Part shown: piece after piece, positions 55,976 through 64,000 of the stretch
How the letters are laid out: the number at the start of each line of letters is the position of its first letter
Numbering within the stretch: the first letter of the stretch is position 1
Source: a virus
Strand: one strand, 5' to 3'
Length of the DNA: 64,000 bases
Virus record (IMG/VR): IMGVR_UViG_3300037313_000284
Coordinates: 76,865 to 140,864 of that record
Position numbers and translations under genes: made by a program
The notes under the pieces: model-generated
What the model was told of the DNA's origin: nothing
The model's input: only the letters and a program-made list of their open reading frames with translations
Database searches by the model: none

Positions 55976-56368
55976 ATGGCTAAGAACACTGTCGACTCCA
56001 TCGTGCGTCTGGAAGACGTCACTCCGGTTCGTAAGGAAGGCACGCTGGTTAGCGTGACCGAGAAGCTTATTACCTTCAAGAATCGCAAGCCGGGCGGTAG
56101 CCGCACGCAAACGCGTTCCTACCCGCGTGGTAAGGTCATGGCGTACGGTGAAGACTTCATCGTCGTCAAGGAATACGCGCCGGTTAGTAGCAAGCTCTTC
56201 CGTCAAATCTCGGGCGGCGTTTCTGAAGACAAGTTCGGCTTCTACAGCGTCGACGGCATTTTCATTAACCCGGAATTTGGTTCGGTGATGGCCGAGGAAT
56301 CGGGCAACACTGCACCCGCTAAGAAGGCCAAGGCGGACGACGGTAAGAAGAAGTCCAAGAAGGGTTAA
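55976..56368 (+). CDS. hypothetical protein with basic tail
   Basis: GAGGA RBS; terminator downstream. Confidence 0.8.
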   Translation: MAKNTVDSIVRLEDVTPVRKEGTLVSVTEKLITFKNRKPGGSRTQTRSYPRGKVMAYGEDFIVVKEYAPVSSKLFRQISGGVSEDKFGFYSVDGIFINPEFGSVMAEESGNTAPAKKAKADDGKKKSKKG

Positions 56369-56394
56369 TAGCCCTCTTCAGCCTGAACGTAATC

Positions 56395-56429
56395 AAGGGC
56401 GGTGGCGAAAGCTGCCGCCCTTATATTTT
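56395..56429 (+). terminator. intrinsic terminator
   Basis: AAGGGCGGTGGC-GAAA-GCTGCCGCCCTT. Confidence 0.8.
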
Positions 56430-56443
56430 GAACGGAGAACTGC

Positions 56444-56812
56444 ATGAGCACTCTTGCTGATGTTGTGATGACACAAGCAGCCCGCACTGCCCACGAAGTT
56501 AACAGGGTGCTGTGCGCGATCAACGGCGACAACTCGCAAATGCCTTGGGATGAAGCTCCCGCAAACATTCAAGCGAGTGCACTTGACGGTGTTCGCGCCA
56601 TTATGGAAGGGCGTATTACTAAACCTTCCGACGCGTGGGAAAACTGGAAGGCTTTTAAGATCAATGACGGTTGGACGCATGGCGCGGTGAAAGACCTTGA
56701 CGCCAAGACGCATCCGAATCTGGTTGATAACTACGAAGACCTTCCCGAAACTGAACGTCACAAGGACCTTTTGTATCTCGCCACGGTCATGAGTTTCATG
56801 CCAACGCGGTGA
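56444..56812 (+). CDS. stand-alone RyR-domain protein
   Basis: ENW...K..DGWTHG..KD..AKTHPNLV..YEDLPE.ERHKD. Confidence 0.85.
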   Translation: MSTLADVVMTQAARTAHEVNRVLCAINGDNSQMPWDEAPANIQASALDGVRAIMEGRITKPSDAWENWKAFKINDGWTHGAVKDLDAKTHPNLVDNYEDLPETERHKDLLYLATVMSFMPTR

Positions 56813-56813
56813 T

Positions 56814-56842
56814 TTGACACCCGAGTACCGTTCCTGTAGAAT
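56814..56842 (+). promoter_or_regulatory. sigma70-type promoter
   Basis: TTGACA-N17-TAGAAT. Confidence 0.8.
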
Positions 56843-56869
56843 AATATAGGAACGGGAAAGGGGCGTGTC

Positions 56870-57124
56870 ATGCCTTTAACTACTATTCGAGAACGGGTGG
56901 TTTCAACCATCGATCGTGTCGTGAAACTGGATAATAACAGAACGATACGTGACGAGGATGACTTGTATGTCGACTTGGACTTCGACAGTCTCGAAGCTAC
57001 CGAGTTCGTCATCGAACTGGAAACGGAATTCGATATTAGTATCTCCGACGTAGAGTCGGAAGCTATGCGAACTGTTAAAGACGCGTGCAACTTGGTCGAT
57101 AAGCTACTGTCGGTAGCTGCTTAA
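56870..57124 (+). CDS. acpP: acyl carrier protein
   Basis: DLDFDSLEATEFVIELETEFDISISD. Confidence 0.85.
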   Translation: MPLTTIRERVVSTIDRVVKLDNNRTIRDEDDLYVDLDFDSLEATEFVIELETEFDISISDVESEAMRTVKDACNLVDKLLSVAA

Positions 57125-57142
57125 CATCGAGGATAGTTTCTC

Positions 57143-57421
57143 ATGGCTGCTGAGATTGAACCTTTTCTGCGCAAGCTTATTAACGAAATTCGTATGCACA
57201 CTCCGGGGTTCTGCCCTGATCGTCTGTCTCCGGACACGGAAGTAGACGAAGAATTGGACCTTACTGAGTTGTGCGATAGCTTGGATCGAATCGAAATAGC
57301 TATTCACGTTGAAGAGGAATTCGACGTGTCGATTCACGAAGATGAGGCCGACAATCTCCGCACTTACGGTGAACTTGTGCGGTTTGTGGAGCGCACTGTT
57401 AGCGCGTCACAAGCCACGTAA
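57143..57421 (+). CDS. acpP: acyl carrier protein (second copy)
   Basis: CDSLDRIEIAIHVEEEFDVSI..DEA..LRT. Confidence 0.85.
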   Translation: MAAEIEPFLRKLINEIRMHTPGFCPDRLSPDTEVDEELDLTELCDSLDRIEIAIHVEEEFDVSIHEDEADNLRTYGELVRFVERTVSASQAT

Positions 57422-57434
57422 GTTAGGAGGACGG

Positions 57435-57932
57435 ATGCACTTGTTATTAACGGCAACGTATTTGATGCTATGCGTGTTGAGCGCTGTGCGTCTATACCAC
57501 GCTCGGAATCTAGCTCGTCGCAGCTTATATGCTGTACTAATTGCGGGTTGGGCAGGGAAAGCGTTGCTACCGGTGTATCCGTTTACTGACGAAAAGATAT
57601 TGCAAACGTTCTTAATGTTTGACGCAATGCTTTTCGTTGCGGCTTTGGGTCTATTGTCTATTACGCCGAGGTGGTGGCTACGTTGGCTGATGCTTTCGGT
57701 GCAACTGGAGTTCGTGGTAACGATCTTCATTTTGTTGCACTATTTCGGTAAAGGTACGCCACACGTTGTTCTTGTCTGGTTGGTGTTATTAAACCTTGTG
57801 TGCGCTGTATTCGTGGCTGCGCCAGGGTGGACTAAACGCATTCCAGGACTTAGACAAAAACCCTTACGTCGTAGTGATAGGCACATGCACAAGGTAACGC
57901 GTAACCATGATAGTTCGGACACTTCCTTGTAA
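57435..57932 (+). CDS. multi-pass membrane protein
   Basis: AGGAGG RBS before MHLLL; about 5 TM segments. Confidence 0.75.
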   Translation: MHLLLTATYLMLCVLSAVRLYHARNLARRSLYAVLIAGWAGKALLPVYPFTDEKILQTFLMFDAMLFVAALGLLSITPRWWLRWLMLSVQLEFVVTIFILLHYFGKGTPHVVLVWLVLLNLVCAVFVAAPGWTKRIPGLRQKPLRRSDRHMHKVTRNHDSSDTSL

Positions 57933-58167
57933 GTACGCTGTGGCGTCAAGTGAAGCCTACGTGATGGATGATCGTACTAATAACTTGCGGAAGGTAGAAA
58001 ACCCACCACGCGATTTGTGTGCGTGGGCGCTATTCGATCCTCACGCTCCTGCAAAGTTATTAGATGTGCCACCACACGTTTCGCGCAACGCCATAGCTGG
58101 GCATTTAATGGCCGCAGACGACTGCCTCATGTGTCCCTGCTACGAACCCGGAGACCCGGTAGAATGA
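57907..58167 (+). CDS. Cys-containing hypothetical protein
   Basis: CKY...C...CLMCPCY. Confidence 0.55.
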   Translation: MIVRTLPCKYAVASSEAYVMDDRTNNLRKVENPPRDLCAWALFDPHAPAKLLDVPPHVSRNAIAGHLMAADDCLMCPCYEPGDPVE

Positions 58168-58282
58168 CAAAACGTATTAATTCCTGGAAGATATTTTGGG
58201 AAGGTTTGGGCAGTCTTGCTGCCTGCATTGTATACGGACCGGGATTTCTCATTCGGAAAATGAGAAACCGAGGTTAAATCGT

Positions 58283-58357
58283 GGGCCGGTAGCTCAGTGG
58301 TAGAGCATTCGACTTTTAATCGAATGGTCGTGGGTTCGAGTCCCACCCGGCCTACCA
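58283..58357 (+). tRNA. tRNA-Lys(UUU)
   Basis: GGGCCGG acceptor, TTCGA-CTTTTAA-TCGAA anticodon arm, GTTCGAG, encoded CCA. Confidence 0.95.
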
Positions 58358-58379
58358 TCTTTTAGTATAGGGGTTACTA

Positions 58380-59456
58380 ATGAAGGGGCGTATCGTTGCG
58401 CTGGGTATTCTTGGCGCAGTCATGTTGGGCGTTGCCGCTACACATGCGGAACCCACATTTCCGGAAATGAACGGCCGGTTAGTAATGGACGAGGCCGATC
58501 TGATTCCTGCGGGTCGCGAAGCCGCGTTAGCTAACGAATTGCATCGATACAGCGTGACGCATGGTCCGCAAATTGCGGTGGTTACTATTCCATCGCTCGA
58601 AGGTGCTGACCCGGTGGACTATGGTAACCGGTTGTTCCGCCATTTGAAGTTGGGCGACAAAAAGCGCAACGATGGCGTGCTGCTAATGATCGCCCCAGCG
58701 GAACGAAAGATTCGCATCGAAGTTGGCTATGGCTTGGAACCGCAGCTGACCGATCTTGTTAGTAACCAAATAAATCGTACGGTCATCGGCCCGAAGCTTA
58801 AAGCTGGAGATTTCCCCGGCGGTATCGAAGCGGGCGTGGCCGCTATCGAGCAAGCTGTTATGCCGGAACCTGTCGTGTCGGCTGCTTCGGTTACTACTGC
58901 GGAAACCAATAAAGGTTTGGGCGTCGTCCTGTTAACCGTGTTACTAATAATTAGTGCTATCGTCGGGACTGTAATATACGAGCATCGTCGCGCCCGGCGT
59001 GCAAGGTCGCGTGAGGTACGCGAGACAGAAGCAAGGTTGCGACGTGAGGCGCTTAACCGCAAGCGCGAAGCCGAGTGGCGCGATTTCGCACGACGCGAAG
59101 CTATTAGTCAGGAGAACATACGGCGCGATGCACAAGGGGCGTTTCGACGCCGCCCCAAAACGCAACCTCGTCCGCCTGCCCGCGCCGCAACCATGAGTGC
59201 AGCCGCCGCAGCTTCAGTTAGTACGCAAGCTAGTCAACGGCGAGACAACGAAATTCGTGAACGCGAACAGAATAGGTTAGCAGAAGAACGTCGTGCACGT
59301 GATCGTCGTGACGAAGAAGACCGTAGAAGGCGCGAAGACTCGTATGCCTCTAGCAGCACTTCGTCGTGGTCTTCTAACAGCGACTCTTCTAGTAGTAGCA
59401 GTGACTACGGCGGCGGTGGTTCTAGTGGCGGCGGCGGTGACACTAGCAGTTATTAG
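58380..59456 (+). CDS. TPM-domain (YgcG/Psb32-like) membrane protein
   Basis: Signal peptide, QIAVVTIPSL, NDGVLL, RIEVGYGLEP, TM helix, GGGGSSGGGG tail. Confidence 0.9.
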   Translation: MKGRIVALGILGAVMLGVAATHAEPTFPEMNGRLVMDEADLIPAGREAALANELHRYSVTHGPQIAVVTIPSLEGADPVDYGNRLFRHLKLGDKKRNDGVLLMIAPAERKIRIEVGYGLEPQLTDLVSNQINRTVIGPKLKAGDFPGGIEAGVAAIEQAVMPEPVVSAASVTTAETNKGLGVVLLTVLLIISAIVGTVIYEHRRARRARSREVRETEARLRREALNRKREAEWRDFARREAISQENIRRDAQGAFRRRPKTQPRPPARAATMSAAAAASVSTQASQRRDNEIREREQNRLAEERRARDRRDEEDRRRREDSYASSSTSSWSSNSDSSSSSSDYGGGGSSGGGGDTSSY

Positions 59457-59506
59457 GACAGAAATAACGTTGTAATCTGACAGTCATCACGGCTGAAGTG
59501 TCCGAT

Positions 59507-59535
59507 TTGACCCTTGGGCCGTGGTGTGGTAATAT
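59507..59535 (+). promoter_or_regulatory. sigma70-type promoter
   Basis: TTGACC-N17-TAATAT. Confidence 0.7.
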
Positions 59536-59680
59536 CTAGTGGTGGGGCATACCCAACATTTAGGAGGGACTGACGCGTCTTCACTTAATAAACTTCTTCG
59601 GTGCTAGTGACCGGAAACTAGCAGAAATCGTTAAGACACAACGCACAATTATCTCAGAGATAAGAGGACTTAAGAAGCTG

Positions 59681-60004
59681 ATGACCGACTCCTTCGAAAA
59701 CCTAACGCGTGAAGTCAACGAAAACGAAACCGTCATGCAATCGGCTGTTCTTCTGCTTAATAACCTTAGTGCAGAATTGAAAGCTGTGAAGGACGACCCG
59801 GTGGCTATCCAAGCGCTGGCCGATAAGTTGGATAGTAACAGCAACGCATTGGCGGCTGCAATTGCGGCTAACACTATTGCTGAAGACGAAGAAGAGCCGG
59901 AACCTGAACCGGAAGTAGACGAAGAACCTGACGACGAACCAGAGCCGGAACTTCCTCTTGAAGGAGAAACTGGCAGCACTTCGGATGCCGAAACGTCTAC
60001 GTAG
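59681..60004 (+). CDS. coiled-coil protein with acidic EP-repeat tail (possible non-AUG upstream start at 59573)
   Basis: Frame is open upstream to AGGAGG at 59562. Confidence 0.75.
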   Translation: MTDSFENLTREVNENETVMQSAVLLLNNLSAELKAVKDDPVAIQALADKLDSNSNALAAAIAANTIAEDEEEPEPEPEVDEEPDDEPEPELPLEGETGSTSDAETST

Positions 60005-60025
60005 GCGTTTTAATAAATGAAGGCG

Positions 60026-60056
60026 AGGGCGGCAGGGAAACTTGTCGCCCTTTATT
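60026..60056 (+). terminator. intrinsic terminator
   Basis: AGGGCGGCAGG-GAAA-CTTGTCGCCCT plus TTATT. Confidence 0.7.
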
Positions 60057-60072
60057 AATGTGGAAAGCAAAT

Positions 60073-60345
60073 ATGACGCGCAAATACACGCTGACCGAAC
60101 TGGATACGATGCGGCAGGCTATCGCGGGTCTACGTTGGCGAGAGGACCCTACTAAGCAGTTCAATGGTTACAGCAGTAACGACCTGACGTCGTTTAACGC
60201 ACGAGTTGAAGACGAACTTCGGACTCATATGGCGAACGGCACGGAGCCTCAAGAATTAGTAGAAGCCGACAGAGCGATTGCTAAAGAGAGGCATAGGTAT
60301 TTGGTGGAAGCTGGTATAATCGTGTACGTTGATAGAATTTATTAA
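60073..60345 (+). CDS. hypothetical protein
   Basis: Start MTRKY. Confidence 0.65.
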   Translation: MTRKYTLTELDTMRQAIAGLRWREDPTKQFNGYSSNDLTSFNARVEDELRTHMANGTEPQELVEADRAIAKERHRYLVEAGIIVYVDRIY

Positions 60346-60354
60346 TATCACCGT

Positions 60355-60439
60355 GCCCCGGTGGTGGAATTGGTAGACGCGACGGACTTAAAATCCGTTG
60401 CCTTCGGGCGTGCCGGTTCGAGTCCGGCTCGGGGCACCA
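60355..60439 (+). tRNA. tRNA-Leu(UAA)
   Basis: ACGGA-CTTAAAA-TCCGT anticodon arm, long variable arm, encoded CCA. Confidence 0.95.
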
Positions 60440-60601
60440 TAATATTAATAGAGGTTGGAATGAAGGCGCTGTTAGTAGAAAACCAAAAGCTGTTCGGGCT
60501 GATGCGGCTCTGCGGCGGTTGTCGTCACACTAATAACGGTGTATATCCATGCCAGCAACACCTTGAAGCGGCGGAATATCTTAATGCTAGGTGGAAGTGT
60601 T

Positions 60602-60862
60602 ATGACGGAACCTAAACGCGGCCCGCCGATCCATTGTTACGAATCTATATTTGATGCTCCGTTTATGCGGAGAGTAGAAGTCGATAGTTCTGAAGCTAAC
60701 GAACCGCTACTGCGTGGCGAGCATCGATTTCTAGTGTGGACTTGTCCGAGTTGCGGTTGGCGACAAAACGCTGATAAACCTCGCATCTGCGGACGTAACG
60801 GTGAGCCGTGCAACGGCGACCGTTCGTGGGATTTAGATACTAGAAAGAAAGAGGGCAAATGA
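60602..60862 (+). CDS. Zn-ribbon protein
   Basis: CPSC...C...C. Confidence 0.55.
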   Translation: MTEPKRGPPIHCYESIFDAPFMRRVEVDSSEANEPLLRGEHRFLVWTCPSCGWRQNADKPRICGRNGEPCNGDRSWDLDTRKKEGK

Positions 60863-62481
60863 CCACCACGATTGCAGTGCAAGATACTAACGCACGATAC
60901 CATGTTGATGAATACAACGAATTGTGCGTGCATATGCAACGTCGATTCGACCGGCTGACTGCTGATAAGACGCCTGTGTTTCAGACTGACGCTACTGACG
61001 TGTTGTGGACGGCCTACGTCAACAGCTTTCCGGAAAGCGATCAACAGTATCATAACTGTTCGCATTGCCGACATTTCATGAAGCGTTTCGGCGGTCTCGT
61101 AGTTATTAACGAAGACGGTTCGCTGAAGTCGGTCATGTGGCCTTCTCGCGATGACACCGCAGACATGAAATATTACGGCGCTGCGGTTGAAAACGTGCGT
61201 AAATTGGTTATTAAGGCTAAAGTCAAAGGTCCGTTCCTCAATTCGCAGCACTCGCTGGGTACGCGCGAAACTACAGAGTGGACTCACTTCGCCATCGTTC
61301 CTACGCATTTGTTCCGCGATGCGAAATTGACGGCGGGCCAGAAGATGGCTGAAAAGCGCCAAGACTTCATTAACATGAAGCGGGCGTTAGAGGATTTCCC
61401 GTTAGACGCGCTCGTGCAAATGATGCGCATTATTAACACGGAAGCTCTCTATAATAACGACGCAGTGGTGGGTCCGGGCAAATGGTTGCACGACCTACAA
61501 GTGCGCCTGTCGGGAGTTAAGCACAGCCGGGCTAGGGACAACCTGCTTTGGCGTGCTATCGGCAGTGCTCCGGATGCATTCTGTCATGTTCGTGGCAGTA
61601 TGGTCGGCACACTGCTTGAAGACATTAAAGCTGGTCTTAGCTTTGACGACATTAGTAACAAATTCAAAGCTAAGATGCATCCGTTGAGGTACCAGCGGCC
61701 GCAGGCTCCGCCTTCGGAAGGCAACGTTGTCCAAGCTGAAAAGCTAGTTGCGAAACTTGGCATCACTAACTCACTAGCTCGACGTTGGGCTAATATTGCA
61801 GATATCCAAGAGAAGCTTTGGGAACCTACGGTAGTTAAGCCTGCCGCAAGTGATGGTGTTTTCGGGCATCTTAAGCCAAAGGCTCGTACGTTACAGCCTG
61901 AGATTAATACACCAGTCAAAACTATGACCTGGGACAAGTTCCAACGTACCGTGTTGCCTGAGGCTGAAAAGATCGAGTATTGCCCGTCTGCGCAATCCAG
62001 ATCGTTTGCTGGGCTACTAACTGCGTTGGACGAAAACGATCCGCCGATCATCCTATGGGATCATCCGGAAAAACGTAACCCGGTGTCTTGGTATTTCCAC
62101 CAACAAGCCCGGCCTATCGAATGGAACCTTCCCGTCAACGCGTGGGTCAACGTGTTAGTTATTACACCGGCCCCATATTCTTGGCATGGTGGTTCCTATC
62201 CGCAGTTTGGGCAGCGTGTGTTCTTCGTCCTCGAAAACATGCAGGACATGCGTAGCGAAGCCGGTACTGCGTTGTTCCCGCAGATACTAAAGAGCGAACT
62301 GCGCGAAGTGCGTGCTACTATTGAAGCTCATTCGAAAGTGTCGCGAACGCACAAAACCGAAGCGCCACAAGCGTGTGCGGTTGTGTTTAGTTCGGGTAAC
62401 GACGACGGCGAACCTATGTCGCTGAAAGTTACTACGAAGGGCAACGTCCAACAGAAGTATCTGCTGGATCGATGGGATTGA
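60859..62481 (+). CDS. phage protein of unknown function with HNCxxC motif
   Basis: QYHNCSHCRHFMKRFGGLV; 540 aa. Confidence 0.8.
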   Translation: MTTTIAVQDTNARYHVDEYNELCVHMQRRFDRLTADKTPVFQTDATDVLWTAYVNSFPESDQQYHNCSHCRHFMKRFGGLVVINEDGSLKSVMWPSRDDTADMKYYGAAVENVRKLVIKAKVKGPFLNSQHSLGTRETTEWTHFAIVPTHLFRDAKLTAGQKMAEKRQDFINMKRALEDFPLDALVQMMRIINTEALYNNDAVVGPGKWLHDLQVRLSGVKHSRARDNLLWRAIGSAPDAFCHVRGSMVGTLLEDIKAGLSFDDISNKFKAKMHPLRYQRPQAPPSEGNVVQAEKLVAKLGITNSLARRWANIADIQEKLWEPTVVKPAASDGVFGHLKPKARTLQPEINTPVKTMTWDKFQRTVLPEAEKIEYCPSAQSRSFAGLLTALDENDPPIILWDHPEKRNPVSWYFHQQARPIEWNLPVNAWVNVLVITPAPYSWHGGSYPQFGQRVFFVLENMQDMRSEAGTALFPQILKSELREVRATIEAHSKVSRTHKTEAPQACAVVFSSGNDDGEPMSLKVTTKGNVQQKYLLDRWD

Positions 62482-62489
62482 TGTTAACA

Positions 62490-62513
62490 AAACGGGGGCT
62501 TCGGCCCCCGTTT
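62490..62513 (+). terminator. intrinsic terminator
   Basis: AAACGGGGGC-TTCG-GCCCCCGTTT. Confidence 0.85.
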
Positions 62514-62532
62514 ACATGTGAGGGCCTGGGGC

Positions 62533-62832
62533 ATGACGATGACCAAGATTTCTGTGTTTCCTACGCGTGAGCAATTAGTAAACATAGGTCAAGCCAATTT
62601 CACATGGGGTTGGGGCATGGCTTTTCTGGTGGAAACCGAGCTAGGTAACTTCCAGTGGCTTTCTCCTGACTACGGTGGAGATAACTCGCTGCGGCCCTTT
62701 CTTGGGGACTACAAGGATTGGATTAAATTTCAAGGTATCGAATTCGGAAGGTCTAAAGGCCATCACGATCTAGTTCGATATTGCCCTAACTTCAACTACC
62801 AACCTGATGCGGCAATCGACCCGGAGCGTTAA
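62533..62832 (+). CDS. hypothetical protein
   Basis: ORF track. Confidence 0.6.
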   Translation: MTMTKISVFPTREQLVNIGQANFTWGWGMAFLVETELGNFQWLSPDYGGDNSLRPFLGDYKDWIKFQGIEFGRSKGHHDLVRYCPNFNYQPDAAIDPER

Positions 62833-62834
62833 TA

Positions 62835-63029
62835 ATGTTCGAACCTAAAGTCGGGCAATTCATGATCCACGACGAAGGCACCGGCGACGACACGCTTTAC
62901 AATTCCAAGGAAGAAGCTATTAACGCAGCCAACGCCGAGTGGGACGAATACGTGTTGCCGGGAGAAATCGGGCCTGCGGTAGCGATCATGGAAATCGTAG
63001 AAGTCGTGCGACTGAATAAGAAAGATTAG
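62835..63029 (+). CDS. small acidic hypothetical protein
   Basis: GGAG RBS. Confidence 0.65.
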   Translation: MFEPKVGQFMIHDEGTGDDTLYNSKEEAINAANAEWDEYVLPGEIGPAVAIMEIVEVVRLNKKD

Positions 63030-63032
63030 TAA

Positions 63033-63272
63033 ATGACAACGCTAATTGATAGCGATCGAACAATTATTAAGATTAAGAATATGCTGAGACAGGAAATGAC
63101 TGCTAACAACATGTCAGTTCCAAAGTTAGCCAAACGCATGAATAAGCACACGCAATTAATCTATCGCGCCCTGGATCACAAACACAACACGGACGTAGAA
63201 TTCCTAATCATGTGCTTTCTCGCTTTAGGTAAAACACTACATTTAGACTTGGTACCTATCAAAGAATCCTGA
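63033..63272 (+). CDS. XRE-like HTH protein
   Basis: MSVPKLAKRM...IYRAL...ALG. Confidence 0.7.
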   Translation: MTTLIDSDRTIIKIKNMLRQEMTANNMSVPKLAKRMNKHTQLIYRALDHKHNTDVEFLIMCFLALGKTLHLDLVPIKES

Positions 63273-63283
63273 TTATTAACCGT

Positions 63284-63367
63284 GCGGGCGTGGCGAAATG
63301 GCAACCGCAGTAGATTTAGGTTCTACCGCCGAAAGGCTTGGAGGTTCGAGTCCTCTCGCCCGCACCA
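63284..63367 (+). tRNA. tRNA-Leu(UAG)
   Basis: GTAGA-TTTAGGT-TCTAC anticodon arm, variable arm, encoded CCA. Confidence 0.95.
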
Positions 63368-63387
63368 TTAATAATCAAGGGTGCAAT

Positions 63388-63600
63388 ATGCGCTTCAGGA
63401 AATTCGATAGCTTCAAATGGCGCATGGCTACCAAGGCCGAGATTGAATCCTTCAATCGGGTACCTATTTCGGTGGTCTCAGTTAGTAATCAAAGTGGCGT
63501 AGAAGTGCAGATTGATTTGCGACGAATTCATCTAGAGGACGAAGAGCGCGTCATTCTCGACCGAATTGCATCCACGGTACTCCAACGTAATAAGGGTTAG
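63388..63600 (+). CDS. small hypothetical protein
   Basis: Start MRFRK after AAGGG. Confidence 0.6.
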   Translation: MRFRKFDSFKWRMATKAEIESFNRVPISVVSVSNQSGVEVQIDLRRIHLEDEERVILDRIASTVLQRNKG

Positions 63601-63604
63601 TAGC

Positions 63605-64000
63605 ATGACCGGCGATTTTGATCTAGCGGGCTACGAATACCGCGAAGTTCTCTTGGCGGATTTGCGTTCTGGTGAACACATGCGCGAATTAGTACATGCT
63701 GCGCGCCAAGAGGCTTCCAACATTCGCATTCGGTTGGTACTACCGGAAGGCATGGATCGCTATCGCGTGCCGGATCGAAAGATGCTTGAGTACGCAGATT
63801 CAGTCGTGACACGTGAAGCCGACCGAGACTACGTTATTAAAGACCGCGATACAGATCGTCTAAACATCGTCATGGAGCTTGATCTGGGCCGCTATAGGAA
63901 AACGTCCAACCGTTGGTCTTATTATCATCGGGCGCGCAAGTACGCACGTAAGGCTTCTCGTTACGGGAAACGTCAAGCGCGGGTTGAATTGAATAGCTAC
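63605..64000 (+). CDS. hypothetical protein, truncated by window end
   Basis: MTGDFDLAGYEYREV... open for 132 codons to the edge. Confidence 0.7.
   Translation, partial: MTGDFDLAGYEYREVLLADLRSGEHMRELVHAARQEASNIRIRLVLPEGMDRYRVPDRKMLEYADSVVTREADRDYVIKDRDTDRLNIVMELDLGRYRKTSNRWSYYHRARKYARKASRYGKRQARVELNSY

Noticed and set aside
58140-63387. ORF-track entries overlapping tRNAs (58140-58358 and the 5' parts of 60361-60615 and 63298-63600)
   Set aside because: They are translations of tRNA sequence.
1-64000. Stop-codon reassignment, suggested by abundant TAG/TAA words
   Set aside because: Long genes are intact in the standard code, and TAG (13983, 32310), TGA (62481) and TAA all end genes just before terminators; no suppressor tRNA is seen.
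1-64000. Prophage, integrase, IS element or diversity-generating retroelement
   Set aside because: No integrase, transposase, reverse transcriptase or host flank was recognised in the window.

Overview
This window is part of a large lytic dsDNA (jumbo-type) tailed phage genome. The host is probably an alphaproteobacterium, likely Caulobacterales or Sphingomonadales, judging from a GcrA-like protein, two PEPxxWA-CTERM proteins and sigma70 promoters with GCTA-extended -10 boxes. Layout: 1-22.4 kb is mostly late, virion and lysis genes on the minus strand, preceded by a shared TAATTTA(TTAG) motif. 22.4-30 kb holds DNA metabolism genes (primase, SbcD, HNH, methyltransferase). 30-51 kb holds minus-strand early cassettes, each bounded by a sigma70 promoter and an intrinsic terminator. 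The strand switches near 51.1 kb, followed by plus-strand clamp loader, SbcC, RyR, two ACPs, a TPM protein and three tRNAs. Top candidate system: an insulated three-gene phage operon (32310-34975) encoding an E2-like protein, a ThiF/E1 enzyme and a ubiquitin-like protein ending in GG with an acidic disordered N-terminal arm, i.e. a putative phage protein-conjugation pathway. Other highlights: a 1249-aa SprT-protease/Acb1 fusion; a structured ~230-nt ncRNA with its own promoter and terminator; about tenfold enrichment of TTAGTAA/TTACTAA; a covarying repeated 5'-UTR hairpin; a stand-alone class III cyclase; three ACP-like proteins; and several histone-H1-like proteins with structured leaders. 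All family assignments come from motif recognition by eye; no searches were run.
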